Shown: positions 10,834 to 25,298, numbered from the stretch's first letter. The stretch: 64,000 nt of DNA from Vicugna vicugna (GCA_013265495.1 MU058557.1:1-64000), one strand, 5' to 3'. The notes: generated by a model from the sequence alone, not told the origin. Numbers and translations: made by a program.

Positions 10834-12419
10834 GCATCCTTTACCATTCCATAGCTCCCTGGCAGTCGCTCTGTGTTGCGGCCCCTCCCCTGGGGACTCC
10901 ACAGCCTGGCCGCCCGCCACACCCTCCCAGCCCCAGGCCTCAGCTCTCCCCCCACCACACCCATCCCTGGGGTTCCCTGGGGGCGCGGAGTCAGCAGCAA
11001 GTCCCAGGGGTCGGACGCCTGGTCAGCACGGCTGCTGTAACACGCACCGCAGTCGGGTTGGAACCACAGAAATGATTGTCTCCCGTCCTGGAGCAGCACG
11101 TCCCAGCTCGAGGAGCGTGAAGGCCACTGTGCCCACCGGCTGCCAAGGCTGCAGGGACGCAGTCAGGACTCGGTCCTCCGGGGAGGCCAGACCCTGAGCT
11201 CCAGGCCCTCCTGGTGGCTCCATCTCAAAGGAACAGTCTCAGGTCCCGGGCTGTAGGAGACACAGCACTCCCCAGAGGGCAGACACAGGATCCACAGCTG
11301 TCTGCCCTTCGCAGGAAATGCTCCAGGAAACGGAGGCCAGTGCCTGGTCAGGGCTGGCTCTGCTGGGCGGTCCAGGCCAGCGCTACAGGAGAGCTCAGTC
11401 ATCCACGGGACGCGGCCCTGGGCGGCTGGACATTGTCCAAGTGTCTGTGTGAGCCTTTCAGTGTGTCAGGGAAGAGGGGGCGAAATCAACGTGCCGAGTC
11501 TGTGGCTCCACGGCCCCAGGGGAGGCCAGCAGGACAGGCTCCTGGAGGGGAGCTGGGACCAGCACTGAGTGGAAAGGGCCATTCCAGCTTCCTGTGGGCA
11601 CAGACAGACAGACAGCCAGAGGAAGACAGAGAACTTCATGCAGGAAAGGGACAGCTCGCTCCAGTGGGCTCTGCACCAGAGACGGTGAGGCCATGGGGCG
11701 GGCAGCCGGGTCCAGGGGCATCGCCGGCCCTCAGGGACCCTGCCAGGCGTGAGGACACTGGGCACCCTCTGCCTCCAGGGTGCTCCGGAAGCCATCCTGG
11801 GGGTCTCCCCCACTCGCCATTTCCCTCACACGGAACACCTAACCAACAAGCTGAACCTGCCTATGGTCCCTGCAGCATGCCCAGCCCCAGGCCCTGCCCC
11901 TCACCTCCATCCCCTGGAGCCCGGATCTGCCTCCAGCCACACATTCCCACGGGGACACCAGGACGCTCGATGCCGGGCTGGCCCCGCGGGTCCTTGAGGA
12001 GCACCAGTCCCAGAACAGCTGCCCCCCACCAGGCCTGAGGGCCCCGTCCTGACCCCGGGGCAACACCAGGCCACAGCGCGTCCCCCATGCACAGCCCCTC
12101 CTGGGACCCTGGAAGCGAAGTGGCCGACGCCTTCCCTTGAGCCCCTGTGTCAGCACCGGTGCGAGCCTGAGCTCAGCTTTCTGCTGCTCCTGACCCCTAG
12201 GGGCGCTGCCCCGGGCAGTAGCTCCGACACACTCCTGTCAGTGTCTCACCTATCCGACCCGCACCCCCATCCACATCTTACACACACACACACACACACA
12301 CCCCCTGGGCTGCCACCCCACTGCGCTCCTGGGCCCCCACCAGGTCCCCCCTCCTCCCGCACTCCAAGGGGAACGCCTGTCGGTCTGAGCTTTGAAAACC
12401 TGGATTGCTGTCCGTGTGT

Positions 12420-13090
12420 GGTGTCCGTGGATGTGGAGAAAAGAAACCCTTGTGCGCTGCTGGTGAGAACATAAGATGGCATTACCGTTGTGCAAAACGG
12501 TTTGGAAGCCCCTCAAAGACATTTCAGAAACAACTACCACACTTGCAGCAATCTCACTGCTGACAATAAACCCGAGCGAACATACAACAGGTCTTAAAGA
12601 GGCACTTGAACACCCACTTCACAGCAACTCCGTTGACAAGACCTACCACGAGGCACGAACTCGAGTGTCCTTCCGGGGATGGACAGATGAGCACGATGTG
12701 GGCTGAGCGTACAATGGAACAGTACTGCCCCGAGAAAGAAGAACATTCTGACGTGTGTGACAGCACGGGGGCACCTGGAGGACATCGGAACGCGTACCGT
12801 GAGCCGCGGGCAAGACGGTGAATCGTGTGCGATTCCACTCGGGTGAGCGATTAGGAGTGGCCGCATTCACAGAAGGAGAAAACACGGAAGTGGTTGCAGC
12901 CGGGGGAGAACGGGGGGTTGTTGTTTACGGGCATAGGGTTTCACACGTAAAGATGGGAAGGGTTATGGAGACACGGGCGGTCGTGACTGCACTTTATGAA
13001 TGCATTTGCTGTCCCCAAAACCCGGAGAAAGGCTTAACATGGTACACTTTCTTGGGGGCAAATCCTATTCTTTTACCACGATAAAAACAC
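12420..13090 (+). mobile_element. Old LINE-1 fragment (ORF2 end / 3' UTR)
   Basis: ggatgtggagaaaagaaacccttgtgcgctgctggtgag...gcaatctcactgctg...; degenerate; limits approximate. Confidence 0.65.
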
Positions 13091-13789
13091 CTTTTAAGCG
13101 GGAGAAATCTAACCCGTTAAATAAAATCTGAAAGCCTTCAGGAAGACCTGGAGCCCGTGTCTCTCCCTGTGGAAGAAACCGGTGGCAGCAGGATGGAGCT
13201 GCACCCCTGCCTGGCCCAGGGCTGGACCCCTGCGGAGGCCGGCGGGCGCCGGAGGAGCAGCTTCTCCACACTGACGGCGTGAGGGTGCCGGTCAGTGACA
13301 ACGTGCACGGCTGTAGCAGAGCCCCCCAGCCAAGGGACTGCTCCTTCAGTTTGCTCTCCAACAGGTGTAAACTTCTCTTCTGGACAACCCTAACCTAGAG
13401 ACACACGAAGGGAAGGGAACGCTAAGAAAGCTGCTCACGGCTTAGCTAACCTGACGTAGAACAAGAACAGCACAACCCACTGCTTGTCGGCCACCGTGCA
13501 CCACGTTAAGCTTCCCGATTAAAAGGCAGCAATACACTTTGTGTTTCCACCTAATGCAGGGGAATTACCTCAGATGTAATATAAAAATGCCAACCCTCCT
13601 CCAAGAAAGGCTTCAACTCCCATTGCCCACCTTACGTAGCTTCGGCTGATGTTCACGTCTCGTGTTGATGAATAACCTCCGTCCTGGGTGTCCTGCAGCT
13701 TATACGCTGAGGTATGTAGCATCACCTCTAACACGTCCTTTGTCACACGGTAGGGGGTGGGGTGGACGGAACAGGTTGGTTATGAGAGG

Positions 13790-15480
13790 AGGAGACGGAG
13801 ACGGTGGAGTAGAAGGACACAGAGCACATTCACATTACATCTACATGTGGACCACGTCTCACTGGAGAAAAATGGAGACTGGCAGAGAGACTCCTGTACA
13901 GCCAAGGCGCTGAAGAAAGGTCCACGAGGAGTCACGTAGGGAGGGAAGAGAGGTACTCGGTTTGGAACGCAGCCTCGGGGAGGGGACCCGGGACAGGGGG
14001 ACACGTCATGGGCACGCAGGTCTTCCCTGGGGAGTGGGCAGCTTGAGAGCGTTAGTAATATGAATGCTAACCAAGTTAGGGGAAAGGACACATGAAAACA
14101 GTTTGAACCTTTACAGGGACCTGGAAAATATAAAAAGAGAACCACTCACCAGAGGGGTACGATGGCTAAAACTTAAAACACTGGAAGGGGCGAACAGGGG
14201 ACTAGGTGGCGCCGGAGACCCCACGCGACCTGGAAGACAGAACCATGGGAATTACCCAGTCAGAACTACAAAAGGAAAAACAACTTTGTTAACACTGAGA
14301 GCAGTTGACGGAATCTATGGAACGACATCAACTGTCCTAACCTCGGCATGATCGGGGTCCCAGAAGCAGAAGGGAGAGAGAGAAGTTGAAAATGTACTTA
14401 GTGAAATTATGGCAAAAACTCACCAACCATGAAGAAAGAGAGACATTTCCAGGCGTAGGAATCACACAGTCCCAAGCAAACACAACCCAGAGAGACCCAC
14501 ACCAAGACACGTCACAATTAAGTTGGCAAAAGTTAAGGATAAAGAGAGGATTCTGAAGACAGAAAGAGAACAACAGAGTCACGTACAAGGAGCTGCCACA
14601 AAGTTAACAGCTGATTTTTCTGCAGAAACTCTGCAGACCAGACGGGAGAGGCATGATCTATACAAATGCTGAATGCCAAAAACCTACAACCTAGGAGACG
14701 TCACCCCGCAAGATTGTGGTTTAGACCTGAAGGAGAGACAAGAACTTCTCAGGCAAGCAGACCCTGGAGCAGTTCATCAACCCTCAGAGACATGTCAACG
14801 GTCTTCCTGGAGGGGAGCACACAGGCTATCGCAAGACGCAAGAATTTACAGCAAAGGCAAATCCCGCTAAAAGGCAAATTAAAGCCTGAGGGTCATCAGC
14901 TAAATAAGCAAAAGATTAAAAGATACATTACGTAAAATTAACTGTGACTGCAGTAAACAGCAGTTCACAGGAAGAAGCAAAATATAACATCAAAAATAAC
15001 GGGGGGCGTCACAGAGGGAACTAAAAAAAACAGACAGGTGAAAAGCTGCTCACATTCCTAATCGTTAGGGAAATGTAAATCAAAACCAAAAGGAGATGTC
15101 ACCACAAAGACTGCAAGTAAGAAATATTGGTGAAGAGATGGGGTAGACGGAACCCTGGTCGCTGGTCGCAGGAGTGCAAGCGGGTGCAGCCTCTGGGGAA
15201 AACAGCAAGGAGTATCCTCAGAAAAACTAAAGATACAACTATCACACGGTCCAGCAATTCCACTCCCGCCTGTACATCCGAAGGAAACAAAAACAAGAGC
15301 TTGAAAAGATACATGCACCCCAAGGTACATAGCAACTGTATGAACAAGAGTCAGCATACGGAAGCAACACAGGTGTCTGTCGGCAGAACAATGGATAAAG
15401 GTGGTACGATGTATACACACGACGCAACAATGCTCAGCCGTGCAGAAGAATGCAATTCTGCCATCCCCGCCTTTACTTGG
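13790..15480 (+). mobile_element. Internally deleted LINE-1 (5' UTR, ORF1 remnants, ORF2 3' end)
   Basis: ggagtagaaggac...acatctacatgtgga (5' UTR-like); ggggtcccagaag...cacaccaagacac (ORF1-like); cagcaattccactc...gatacatgcacccc (ORF2 end). Confidence 0.7.
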
Positions 15481-16699
15481 CGCTCACTGAGGCAGACGTC
15501 CGCCGCAGGACACTGCACCTTCACAGCACTCTGACTGGCGCCAGCCGGAGTGGCCCAGCTGCCGGGACACGTGAGACCGACGGCATAAGGACCTCATATG
15601 TCTTTGTGCTCACAGTTCCCGAGAGGCGGGGCCTTGCCACAGCCTCACCCCGGGGAATCCAGGGCCCTGGACCGGACAGCCTACAGCCCCTGCCTGTGCG
15701 GAGGGCGCCAGGACTTGCGTGTACGATTTCGGCCCCACTGCCCTTACTGCCTCTGAGAGGCTCCTGAGCGCCCTCTCCTCTCACTCCTTCCCTCAGGGAC
15801 TGGCTGCTGGACACATCCCTGCAGCCTGGGATGTTGGGAGAGACATTAGCCCTGGAAGTTCTGCGAAGGTGCCACCCATTTATCTATCAGACAACTGCTT
15901 ACCAGGTGGCAACTCCGCCATCACCGCTGGACACTGAGTACACGTGGGGCCCAAGACAGACGGGGCCTCTGCCCTCAAGGAAGTTAGAGACCAGGGCAAG
16001 GGCAGACACTAAGTAAATCAGCCCACAGCTATGTGAGGACCATCGGGATAAGAGCTGGGAATGCACAGCGTGGGGCTGTGAGGCCACTCAGTGCAAGAAA
16101 CAGTCTGGTCTGTGGGGTCAGGGCTAGCTTTCCTGGGTGCGCCCTGAAGCAGAGCCCTGGAGGACCGGGGTGGCTGCCTCAGGTCTGCTGGTCAACAGCT
16201 GGTCTCCTGCCCTCCCAGCCACAGAACCTCCTAGACCCAGGGTAAGTGCATTCATCCATGTGGGAGAAGACATTAGTGACGTGTTAAAGGTTAGGCTTCA
16301 AAACGGCCTGATGGTGACTCTCCTGTAGACACATAAAGAACACATCTCCAAATTGTACTGAACTCGTTAATCAAGGTGTGAGAGCCCGGCCAAAGCAGTA
16401 TTCAAAGCACTCCATTTGTACAGTCGAATCAAGAGTGCTGAAATGAGTTTACAAACAGTTTCTAAATGGGAGTCAGAGAAGTCTCGATCCTTCTTCCGAA
16501 GAAGGGGATTTGCGCTGCCATCCACCCTCTGCAGCTTAGAGAGTCGGGAAATAGCTCAAAGACAATGAAAACCATAGAGCCCCACGGGGCAGGATGGCCT
16601 TGACGCGCACACAAGACAATGCCTTGCTTTCCACTGAAGACACCAGGAGTGATTTTTTGGTCCATTTCAACGTCTTTCACGATTTCACCTGCCGACATG

Positions 16700-18600
16700 T
16701 GTAACTGACAGAAATAGATTGAGGATAGACAGAGAAATCCTGCAAATCAAGTAGAAAAATCAAACAATTCTGTAGAGAAGTGGGCAGGAGAATCAAACAG
16801 ATGTTTCACGAAAGCTGTCCAAATAGCCATGAAACATTGGAAAGGAGCCACACCGGTTTTAAGGGAAATGAAAACCACGTCAGAGAAAGCAGTTCTGATT
16901 CAGCAAGCGCTGGAGAAAGCGAGGAGAAGCACAGGCAAGAGGAGGCCTTGCAGGCAGCCAGGAAATGACACATCGCACTAGGGACAGATGACACTGGCTT
17001 CGCATCAGAAAAAAAGTGGTGGCCAGGGAACAATAGAAGAGGGAGTTTCAACCCAGAAGTCTACATCCAGAGAAAAGATCTTTCCGAAATGAATATGTAA
17101 CAGACATTTTCAGACACACAAAACCTGAGGGAGTGCATTTCCAAGAGACCTGAGGTAAAGGAAAGGCTAACGGAGAGATTTTGTGCTGTAAAGAAATGAC
17201 ACCAAAGTGAAGTCAGGTCCACAGGATCGAAAGTGGAGCATCAGGGGTGGTAAACGTGCAAGTGCAAAAAAATGTGCTTTTCTCTCTTGCTTTCTTAAAA
17301 AGACAATTGATTGTTGAAAGTAAAAACTGTAACTGTATGTTGCGGGGCGTGTAACATGTATAGATGCAAAATACAAGACAGTACCACCAAGAATGAGTTG
17401 ATAAGTGGAACTGTACTTTTTCAAGGCCCTAATGACAACATGAGGTTCATTGTGATAACTGCAGGGTGCACATTATAGTCACAAAAATCACACCGCAAAC
17501 AGGCTTATCTTTAAAGTCAGTAGAGAGATCAGAATGGAATGCCAAAAAGTACTTCATTAGCCCAAGAGGATGCAGGAAAGAAGGAATAAATCTGCAGCAA
17601 ACATCCTCACTGGGCGACCTTCAGGGGTGTTCACACGGGGTCCGGGACGCAGCAAGGGCACCTGTCACTGCTGTCATAGTATTTTGCAGGGTTTTTCAGC
17701 TTCGTGACTTGGCTAACCTGTGGACTGTGAACTCAAATCAAAGAGTTACAGCCAGGCTTTCTTTAGTAAACAAAGAACAACAAGGAGAAATTTTCTGCAT
17801 TGTGCATAACAAGAGTAAATACTTTCCATGAAAATTTTGTTTCGGTAACATAAATAAATATACACAATATATATGTTTTCTACATATACGTAACATACAA
17901 ATGTGTATTGGATGACAATATAGAATGTTTTTCTTATAAGGATTTTGTCAAAAAGGTTTGGAAAATGCTCATTTAACAGATTATTGGCCATCCTAGCCAA
18001 AGCTACATGACAAGAAAAAGAAACGGGGTTGTTAAGATTGAAAGAGGAGACGTAACACAGGCATTATTTGCAGACAATATGATCACGTCTAAGGAAAAGC
18101 AAACAAAAGCAGCGGACGAACTGTTAGAAGTAACGAGAAAAGCAGCACGATTTCCAAATGTAAGACCAATTTACCAAAAGCAGTCATGGTCCTGTGTGTC
18201 AGCAAACCTACCAGAAAGCGTGACAGAAAGAGAGGCGCGGCTCACAGCAACACAAGGGATATCCTGACGAAGGGCGCCCAAGACCTTTGTGAAACAAAGT
18301 TAAACTCCATTAAAAGACATAAAAGAAAACTGGTCGGCTGGAGAGACACGCTGGTCAAGGATGGTGTGACAAAGTGCCATTTGTCTCACGGACTAAGAAA
18401 CACAACATACTCCCCATCAAAATTCCAGCTGGGTTGGTTTTGTTTGTCTGTCTGTCTTTGAGATCCATTTACAGCTTAGACAATTTTGAAAAATAAAAGC
18501 AAAGGATGAGGGTTTTCAGGGAGACTTTCCCCCTAAACGTTGGCATGGTCACAAAACCGTCACCAAAAACGATGGTACACATGCTCAAACTACTAGACCC
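16700..18600 (+). mobile_element. Degenerate L1M-type fragments, A-rich
   Basis: A-rich segment including ttatttgcagacaatatgat (RT LFADD-like motif in ORF 18007..18267). Confidence 0.55.
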
Positions 18601-18824
18601 AAGGAACAGGAGAGCTTCAGAGACAGCCCAGTTGTCCCTCAGAGCTCAGACCACAGTGAGTGGTGCCATCAGGCAACGGGGAAGCCTGCTGGGGGGAGAC
18701 CGGACTCTCACATGGAGAGCTTCAGCCCTCTGCACGGGGGCTGGTGGCCGAGCCTGTTAGGACCCAGCAGGCTCACCTGAAAGGCCAACTCTGAAGCTGA
18801 AAGGAGGCAGACCAGCCCAGGCTG

Positions 18825-19262
18825 GTGGTGCGCGGTGATGGCTTCTGCCTGGTGGAAGGTATGTCCACCCAGAACTTCTGAACATGACCTCGTTTGGACA
18901 CAGGGTGTTTGCTAACATCATTAGGTCAAGGATGTTGAGATTGTATCACACTAGATTTCCGAAGGGTTATAAGTCCAATGACTTGTAGCAAGTGGAGGTG
19001 ACACAGGGCAGAAGGCCATGTGAAGATGGAGGGAAGATTGGAGTGAGGCCAGTAGCCAGTCACTGGAAGGGGCTGGACGAGGCAGGAGGGATCCACCACC
19101 ACCACTCCCCTCTCCACCCCAGCCCGGAGCCCTCAGGGAGCTTGGCCCTGCCAACACCTTGGTTTCTGTATTCTGGCCTCCAGAGTGTGAGAATCCATTC
19201 CTGTGGCTTAGAGCCACCATACTTGTGGTCCTTTGTGACAGAAGCCCCAGAGAACTCACACA
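18825..19262 (+). mobile_element. MLT1 (ERVL-MaLR) solo LTR
   Basis: ggccatgtgaagatggag...ggccctgccaacaccttggtttc...tctggcctccaga...ttgtggtcctttgtgacag...aca. Confidence 0.75.
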
Positions 19263-21439
19263 GTAGCCTCCAAAATTCAGGGTAGATAACCAGCAAATCT
19301 GCCACATGGAAACCAAGAACTTACGTCAAATGAGGGCTCAGTACGCAGTGTTAACAGACCGGGGATGAACCAGGAGAAGGTCATCACAATGAAAAACTTG
19401 CAAGGGGCTGGCTTCTAGAGGTGAGTGCCGTGCAAATTCCCAGGAATTGCCAAGAGAATCTTAGCAAGCATGATGCGATCAAAGACAGAAGTCCAAATGG
19501 CTCCTGAGTTTCCAAAGATATGCTCCAGCTCGTCAGCAAAGGAGGGTTTGGATTAGATCCCAGAGACACCGCGCTGCACCCTTCAGAATGGCAAGCTCCC
19601 ACGGATCATGACAGCGGCATGCCCTCTGGGGAGGCAGTCCTGGGGCTGGAGGCAGGGGCCACGCCCGCGGCAGCCTAGAAGCAGGGCCTCCCGGGAGGCC
19701 TGGGATGCCAAGGCCAGCCCCAGACCAGGCCCACTCTGAGAGGAGGGAGCCACACAGGGGGCTGCGAGCATCTGCAGGCCTGCATTTGGGGCCACAACCA
19801 CAGACAAGGAGCTCAGCTGGTCTCACCGTCCAGGAGAATGCTGGGGCCAGATCCCCACCATGGGTACCAAGGGCAGTGAGCCCCTGGTTGCGTCTGAGGT
19901 CTAGGGGCTGGTGCTGCCACCCAGGCAGGGTCCTGGTCAGGAAGGGTCTAAGAAACACCCGTGGCTTGGCCTTCCCTCCACACAACTTGCTGGCCTGAGC
20001 CCGTGCCCCACACCCTCCCTGCCCCTCACCTGCAGCCCAGCACCTCCTGGGAAGCCTGGGTAGTGCTGGTGGAGAGGGGCTGGCTGGGCACTGAGGCCTC
20101 TGCCTCGAGTGCCCACAGCCTGGGAAGAATGAGCAGGGAGCTGCCAGGGGCCAAGCCCTCTGCTCCACACACTCACACAGTACAGGCTGCACGGCCTGGC
20201 ACCACCTGGCGGGAGGCTCCCCGAAGGGGCTCTGCCAGCTCTGTGGTTTCTCAACCTTGGGTCCTTCCAAGGAACTCAGCAGTTCCCCCCTCCCCCTCCC
20301 ACACAGCATCTGCGCGTGGGGCCAGATGGACCAGGACAATCTGTGCTGGGGCAGAGCAGTCAGGCTGGGCCCTGGCTCCCACCAGGGCCCTGGCTCTGCA
20401 CCCTGGGCCTGCCCTGGCCATTCCGCAGCAACCCCGGGGTCTTCCCAAGGGAGACCAAACATTCCTGCAAGGGTGCAGCCTGACCCAGCCTGTCTCCGCA
20501 CAGCCTCCCTGCGTGGGGACCACCGGCCCTGGTGTCCTGGGTCCTGGTGTCCTGGGTGTCCAGGGGGTGGGGTCCTGGTATCTCCCTCTTCAAAGACTGT
20601 GTGTCCCCTCCCAGAAGCCCATGCTGATGGCGAGCCTGGCAAGTGGCCATGGCCTCCCCTTTGTGTGCACTTGGGCCGTCGGGGGTTCTGGGGACACACA
20701 GGCCTGCAGGGCACATCAACAGCACTGGGACACAGCCTGCCGTCTGCTCAGTGCGTGTTAGTGGAGGCCCGCCGTCTGCTCAGTGCGTGTTAGTGGAGTG
20801 TCCACAGCAGACCGGCCACCCCAGCGGACCAGCTTCAAATGCCGTGGGCACCTCTGTGAAAGCCACTCCGTGGTCCCCACACCCCTGGGGGACAATCGCA
20901 GCCTGACATGACATGTATGGCCCAGGCTCCAGCAGCTCCAAGGGTCTTGCTGAGCCACCGGCCAAGCTCACAGCCACATCCAGCCTCCTCACAGGACCCT
21001 GCCAGCCCTCAGGGCCACACGGCCCAGTCACTGCAGGACACTGTCCGACTGGGAAGCCAGTACGCAGGCAGCAGGGTGCCAGGAGCCAGGGGAGCCCAGA
21101 GCCTGCCCGTCCCCAGGTGAGCCCACAGCCCCCACGCTCACGCCCAGAGCCACCCCCACTGGGCCAGCCCCTGGCCCACTCCCCTGGGTGGTGGGACACA
21201 GGGACGAGGACAGTGTGTGGTCAGGAAGCCCTGCCCTCCATCCTGGCTTCTCACACACGAAAAGCCAAGACCGCTTCCCACGAAGCTGCCTCGGGAGCAG
21301 CGGTGGCTGTGCCTGCGCCCCTCCCTTCCCAGGCCATCGTGTGACCACCGTGCATGCCGACAGCACTCCGAGTCAGCCCACGGCACTGAGGGGGAGAGGC
21401 CACGAGCCGGGCAGAGAGGAGCAGAGCCCGAGACCCCGC

Positions 21440-21555
21440 TGTCACTCGATCAGCTTCCCAAGAACAGAGAGAGAAAAGGGAACTTCCAGGGCTGCCAAGG
21501 CCCCTGGGGGTTCCCACCCCGTTTTTAGCTGAGAGCACTGGGGCAGAGCTCCCTC
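21440..21555 (+). promoter_or_regulatory. I-epsilon germline promoter (IL-4 responsive)
   Basis: STAT6 TTCCCAAGAA 21455-21464; NF-kB GGGAACTTCC 21478-21487 and GGGGGTTCCC 21506-21515; Pax5-like gagcactggggcagagc; same order as the human/mouse element. Confidence 0.9.
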
Positions 21556-22049
21556 CCCCAGGCCCTATTTTCTAGACGCAAAAATAACAGCAACGTTTCT
21601 AATGACTCAGCTCATCAGGGAGCCTGTCCAGGGAGCCTGCAGACGGGCCATGCCAGCCACAGGCACCTGACGGAAAACCCAGCACCTCAGGTACCCCGGC
21701 CACTGGGGTTGGCCCAGTGGCAGCCAGGGTGGGCTGCCCAGGCCCCTGCTCGGTGAGGCTGCCTTAACTGCCCCCCTGGTGTGGACCAGGCCTCTTGGTC
21801 ACTGCTTGGCCCTCAGCTGTCCCTTCCCTGCATGGGGACACAGGGAAGCAAGACACTGCCTGAAGCCAGCCTGGAGAAGAGCAAGCGGCTGGGAATCTCA
21901 GCCAGGGCAGGGCCCACACACGGGATGCAGACAGGGCTCTGGGCATGGACCTGCCTGCAGCCGGCCGGGACAGTGGCCGCCAGCCCAGGTTGGGGGAGAA
22001 CAGCAGGGGTTAGTCCCTGTGCGGGACTACATGGCAGGCTGGCCTGAGC

Positions 22050-23900
22050 CTGCAGCCTGTGGCCTGAGCTGAGCTGGCCTGAGCGGGCCTGATGAGGGCA
22101 GGCCAGGCAGGACCAGGCTGGGCCAACTGTGGCTTGAACGGTTGGAGCTGGTGGAGGGAGATGATCCGTCCTGGCCTCCACCGGGCCGTGCTGTTCAGAG
22201 GGGCTGTCCTCAGCCGTGTGGGACTGTGCCCGGCTGGTGGACTGAGCCGAAGTGAGCTGGGCTGCCCTGAGCCAAGGTGAGCTGGGCCGAGCTGGGCAGA
22301 CTAAGCCAGCAGGGCTGGGCTGAGCTAAGGGGGTGGGCTGGGCTGGGTGAAGTGGGCTTAGAGAGAATGCCGTCCTCCACGGGGCCAGGTGGGGCTGAGC
22401 TGAGCTGTCCTGGACTAGGCGAATTCAGATGGATGGGCGTAATCAGGCAGGTCCAACTGAGCAGAGCTCGGAGCTCACCCACCCTGGGCCAGCTCAGCTG
22501 GGCTGGCCTGACCTGAACCAGGCTGACCTGACTTGACTGGATGCAGCCGAACTGGGCTGGGCTGAGTCGGGAGAAACCAGGCTCAACTGAGGAGGCCAAA
22601 CCAGACGCGCTCAGCAGGGCGAAACAGGCAGTCTGGGCCCTCCTAGGCTGAGCCAGGCTGGGCTGGGCTTGCCTGCGTGGGAGGGTGGGGCTGGGCTGGG
22701 CTGGGCTGCACTGGGCTAGTCTGGGCAGAGCTGGCTAGGGTGAGCTGAACTAGGTTCAGCTGGGCTGAGCTGGGCTGGGCTGAGCTGGCTGAGCCGAGCT
22801 GATACGGGTTGAACTGAGTTGAGTTGAACTGGGCTGAACTGGGCTTAGCTGAGCTGACTTGAGTTGAACTGAGTTGAACTGGGCTGAACTGGGATGAACT
22901 GGGCTGAGCTGGGCTGGCTTGAGCTGGGCTGAGCTGAGCTGAGTTGAGCTGAATTCGGCTGAACCAGGCTGAGCTGGGCTGAGCTGGGCTGAGCTGGACT
23001 GAGCTGGGCTGGAGCTGGGCTGAGCTGAGCTGGTATGGGTTGAGCTGAGCTGAGCTGAGTTGAGTTGAACTGGGCTGAACTGGGCTAAGCTGAGCTGACT
23101 TGAGTTGAACTGGGCTAAATTGGACTGACTTGAGTTGAACTGGGCTGAAATGGGATGAACTGGGCTGAGCTGGGCTGGCTTGAGCTGGGCTGAGCTGAGC
23201 TGAGTTGAGCTGAATTCGGCTGAACCAGGCTGAGCTGGGCTGAGCTGGGCTGAGCTGGACTGAGCTGGGCTGGAGCTGGGCTGAGCTGAGCTGGTATGGG
23301 TTGAGCTGAGCTGAGTTGAGTTGAACTGGGCTGAACTGGGCTAAGCTGAGCTGACTTGAGTTGAACTGGGCTAAATTGGACTGACTTGAGTTGAACTGGG
23401 CTGAAATGGGATGAACTGGGCTGAGCTGGGCTGGCTTGAGCTGGGCTGAGCTGAGTTGGGCTGAACTGGGCTGAACTGGGTTGAAATGGGCTGAGCTGGG
23501 CTGGGTTGAGCTGAACTGGGCTGAACCAGGCTGAGCTGGGCTGAACTGGGTTGATCTAGGCTAAATTGAACTGGGTTGAGCAGAACTAGGCTGAGCTGAC
23601 CTAGGCTGGGTTGAACTGGGAAAGTTGGGCAAAATAGGGCTGAGCTGGGCTGAGCTGGGCTGGGCTGGGCTGGGCTCGATCAGCTGAGTGTACTTAGGTG
23701 CTAGGCCAGCTTTTCAAGCTCAGTCAGCTACACTGAACTGAATTGAACTGCATCGTGTGGCCTGGGCTAAGATGAGTTGTTTTGCTTGAAGTAGGGTATC
23801 ATGGGCCGGACTGGGCCAGGCTGGATCAGGGTGGGCTGTCTTAGCTAAGCTGACTCGAAAAGGGCAGAGCTGGCTGGGCCGGGCTGGGCTGGGCGTGCAG
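22050..23900 (+). repeat. Epsilon switch region (S-epsilon)
   Basis: Dense GAGCT/GGGCT/GAACT pentamers, core 22650-23680, between I-epsilon and C-epsilon. Confidence 0.92.
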
Positions 23901-25001
23901 AGCTGCTTTGTCTTGCTGGTCTCACCTGTCCTGACAGAGGTCACCTGGGCTGTGCTCAGCTGGACGAGACGGGCAGAACAGAGCAGGGTGGACAGAGCAG
24001 GGTGAGGAAGCAGAGCCAGGAGGGCCAAAGTCTGGAGCTCCGAGGCCAAGGAGGGTACAGACAAGCATGCACCCCAGAGAGGGGAGGGGCCAAGGTCTTC
24101 GTCCTCTGCCACAGGGCCTGTGTCAGGCTCCTGGGAGGCTAGCAGGAAGGGCAGAGAACAAGGGGGGCCTGGCTGGTCAGGCGAAGATTGGGGTGAAGGG
24201 GTAGCCAGGGCAGAGCAGCTCAGGGAGCGAAGAGCTGACCCACGGCCACATGGAGCAGGGGCCCAGTGGGTGGCAGGGGGACCTCCCACAGGGACTTTGG
24301 AGTGCGGGAGGGGACACACGGTGGTTCCTGGGAAATGGGGGCCTCTGGATCCCCAGGCTCTCATGTGGTATATGGGTGAAGGCAGAGGGACAGCTTGACG
24401 GCTCCTGGGGGGTTCTCAGGGTCCTTGATCCCCAGCGCGGGTCCACGAGTGGAGTGGATAGGCAGCCTGGTAATCCCTGGGGATGCCTGTGTCCCAGGGC
24501 AATGGTGGGGGCAGAGGGCACAGACCAGTGGTTCCAGGGCATTTCAGGGCCCCTGATCCCCAGTGGAGCTCTACAGGTGGGGGTGGAGGCGTAGCCCAGT
24601 CACTGCTGGGTGGTCTCTCCGGGTCCTCAGGCCCTGGCAGGGAGCTGTGGGCTCTGACCCTCAACCTCAGGCAGTAGATTGGCGCCTCCACTCACGAGCC
24701 CCACGTCCTGCCACTCTGGGCTGAGGGTAGGAGTCCTGGCTGAGGCTAGTGACGTAATGCTTGTGGTGGGGACACAGCAGTTGACTCGGGGGGGCATTCC
24801 TCAAGAATCAGAAAATGAGGAAAGGGCCCAGAATGAGCCGTCTGTCCCCAAAGGCTGGAGCAGGAGTCCCAGGGCTCCCTGCACCAGACAGCCCCCAGCC
24901 CCCTGCAGCCCTCACTCCCAGGCCCCCAGGGCAGCAGTGAGCCTGGCATGTGTCAGGTGACAGTCCTGAGCCCAGTGCCTACCCTGGCCCTGTCCCCACA
25001 G

Positions 25002-25298
25002 CCTCCACCCAGAAACCAACCGTCTTCCCCTTGACCTGTTGCAAAAACACCACCGATGTCACCGCTGTGGCGCTAGGCTGCCTGGTCACCGGCTATTTCC
25101 CGGAGCCAGTGACCGTGACCTGGGACACAGGGTCCCTGAACAGCAGCACCAGGACCTTCCCCGCCATCCAAAACCTGGAATCCAGCCTCTACACCACCAG
25201 CAGCCAGGTGACCATCTTGGGCAAGTGGTCCAAGCAGAAATTCACCTGCAGTGTGGCTCACCCTGACTCCAACATCACCATCACCAAGGTCGTCCCTG
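25002..25298 (+). CDS. IGHE: Epsilon CH1 exon
   Basis: [16 protein letters not shown]...NITITKVVP; cacag| and |gtgagc. Confidence 0.95.

Noticed and set aside
19533..20761. Long ORFs (393 aa minus, 266 aa plus) upstream of I-epsilon
   Set aside because: Pro/Gly/Ala/Arg-rich with no recognisable domain; expected by chance in GC-rich DNA.
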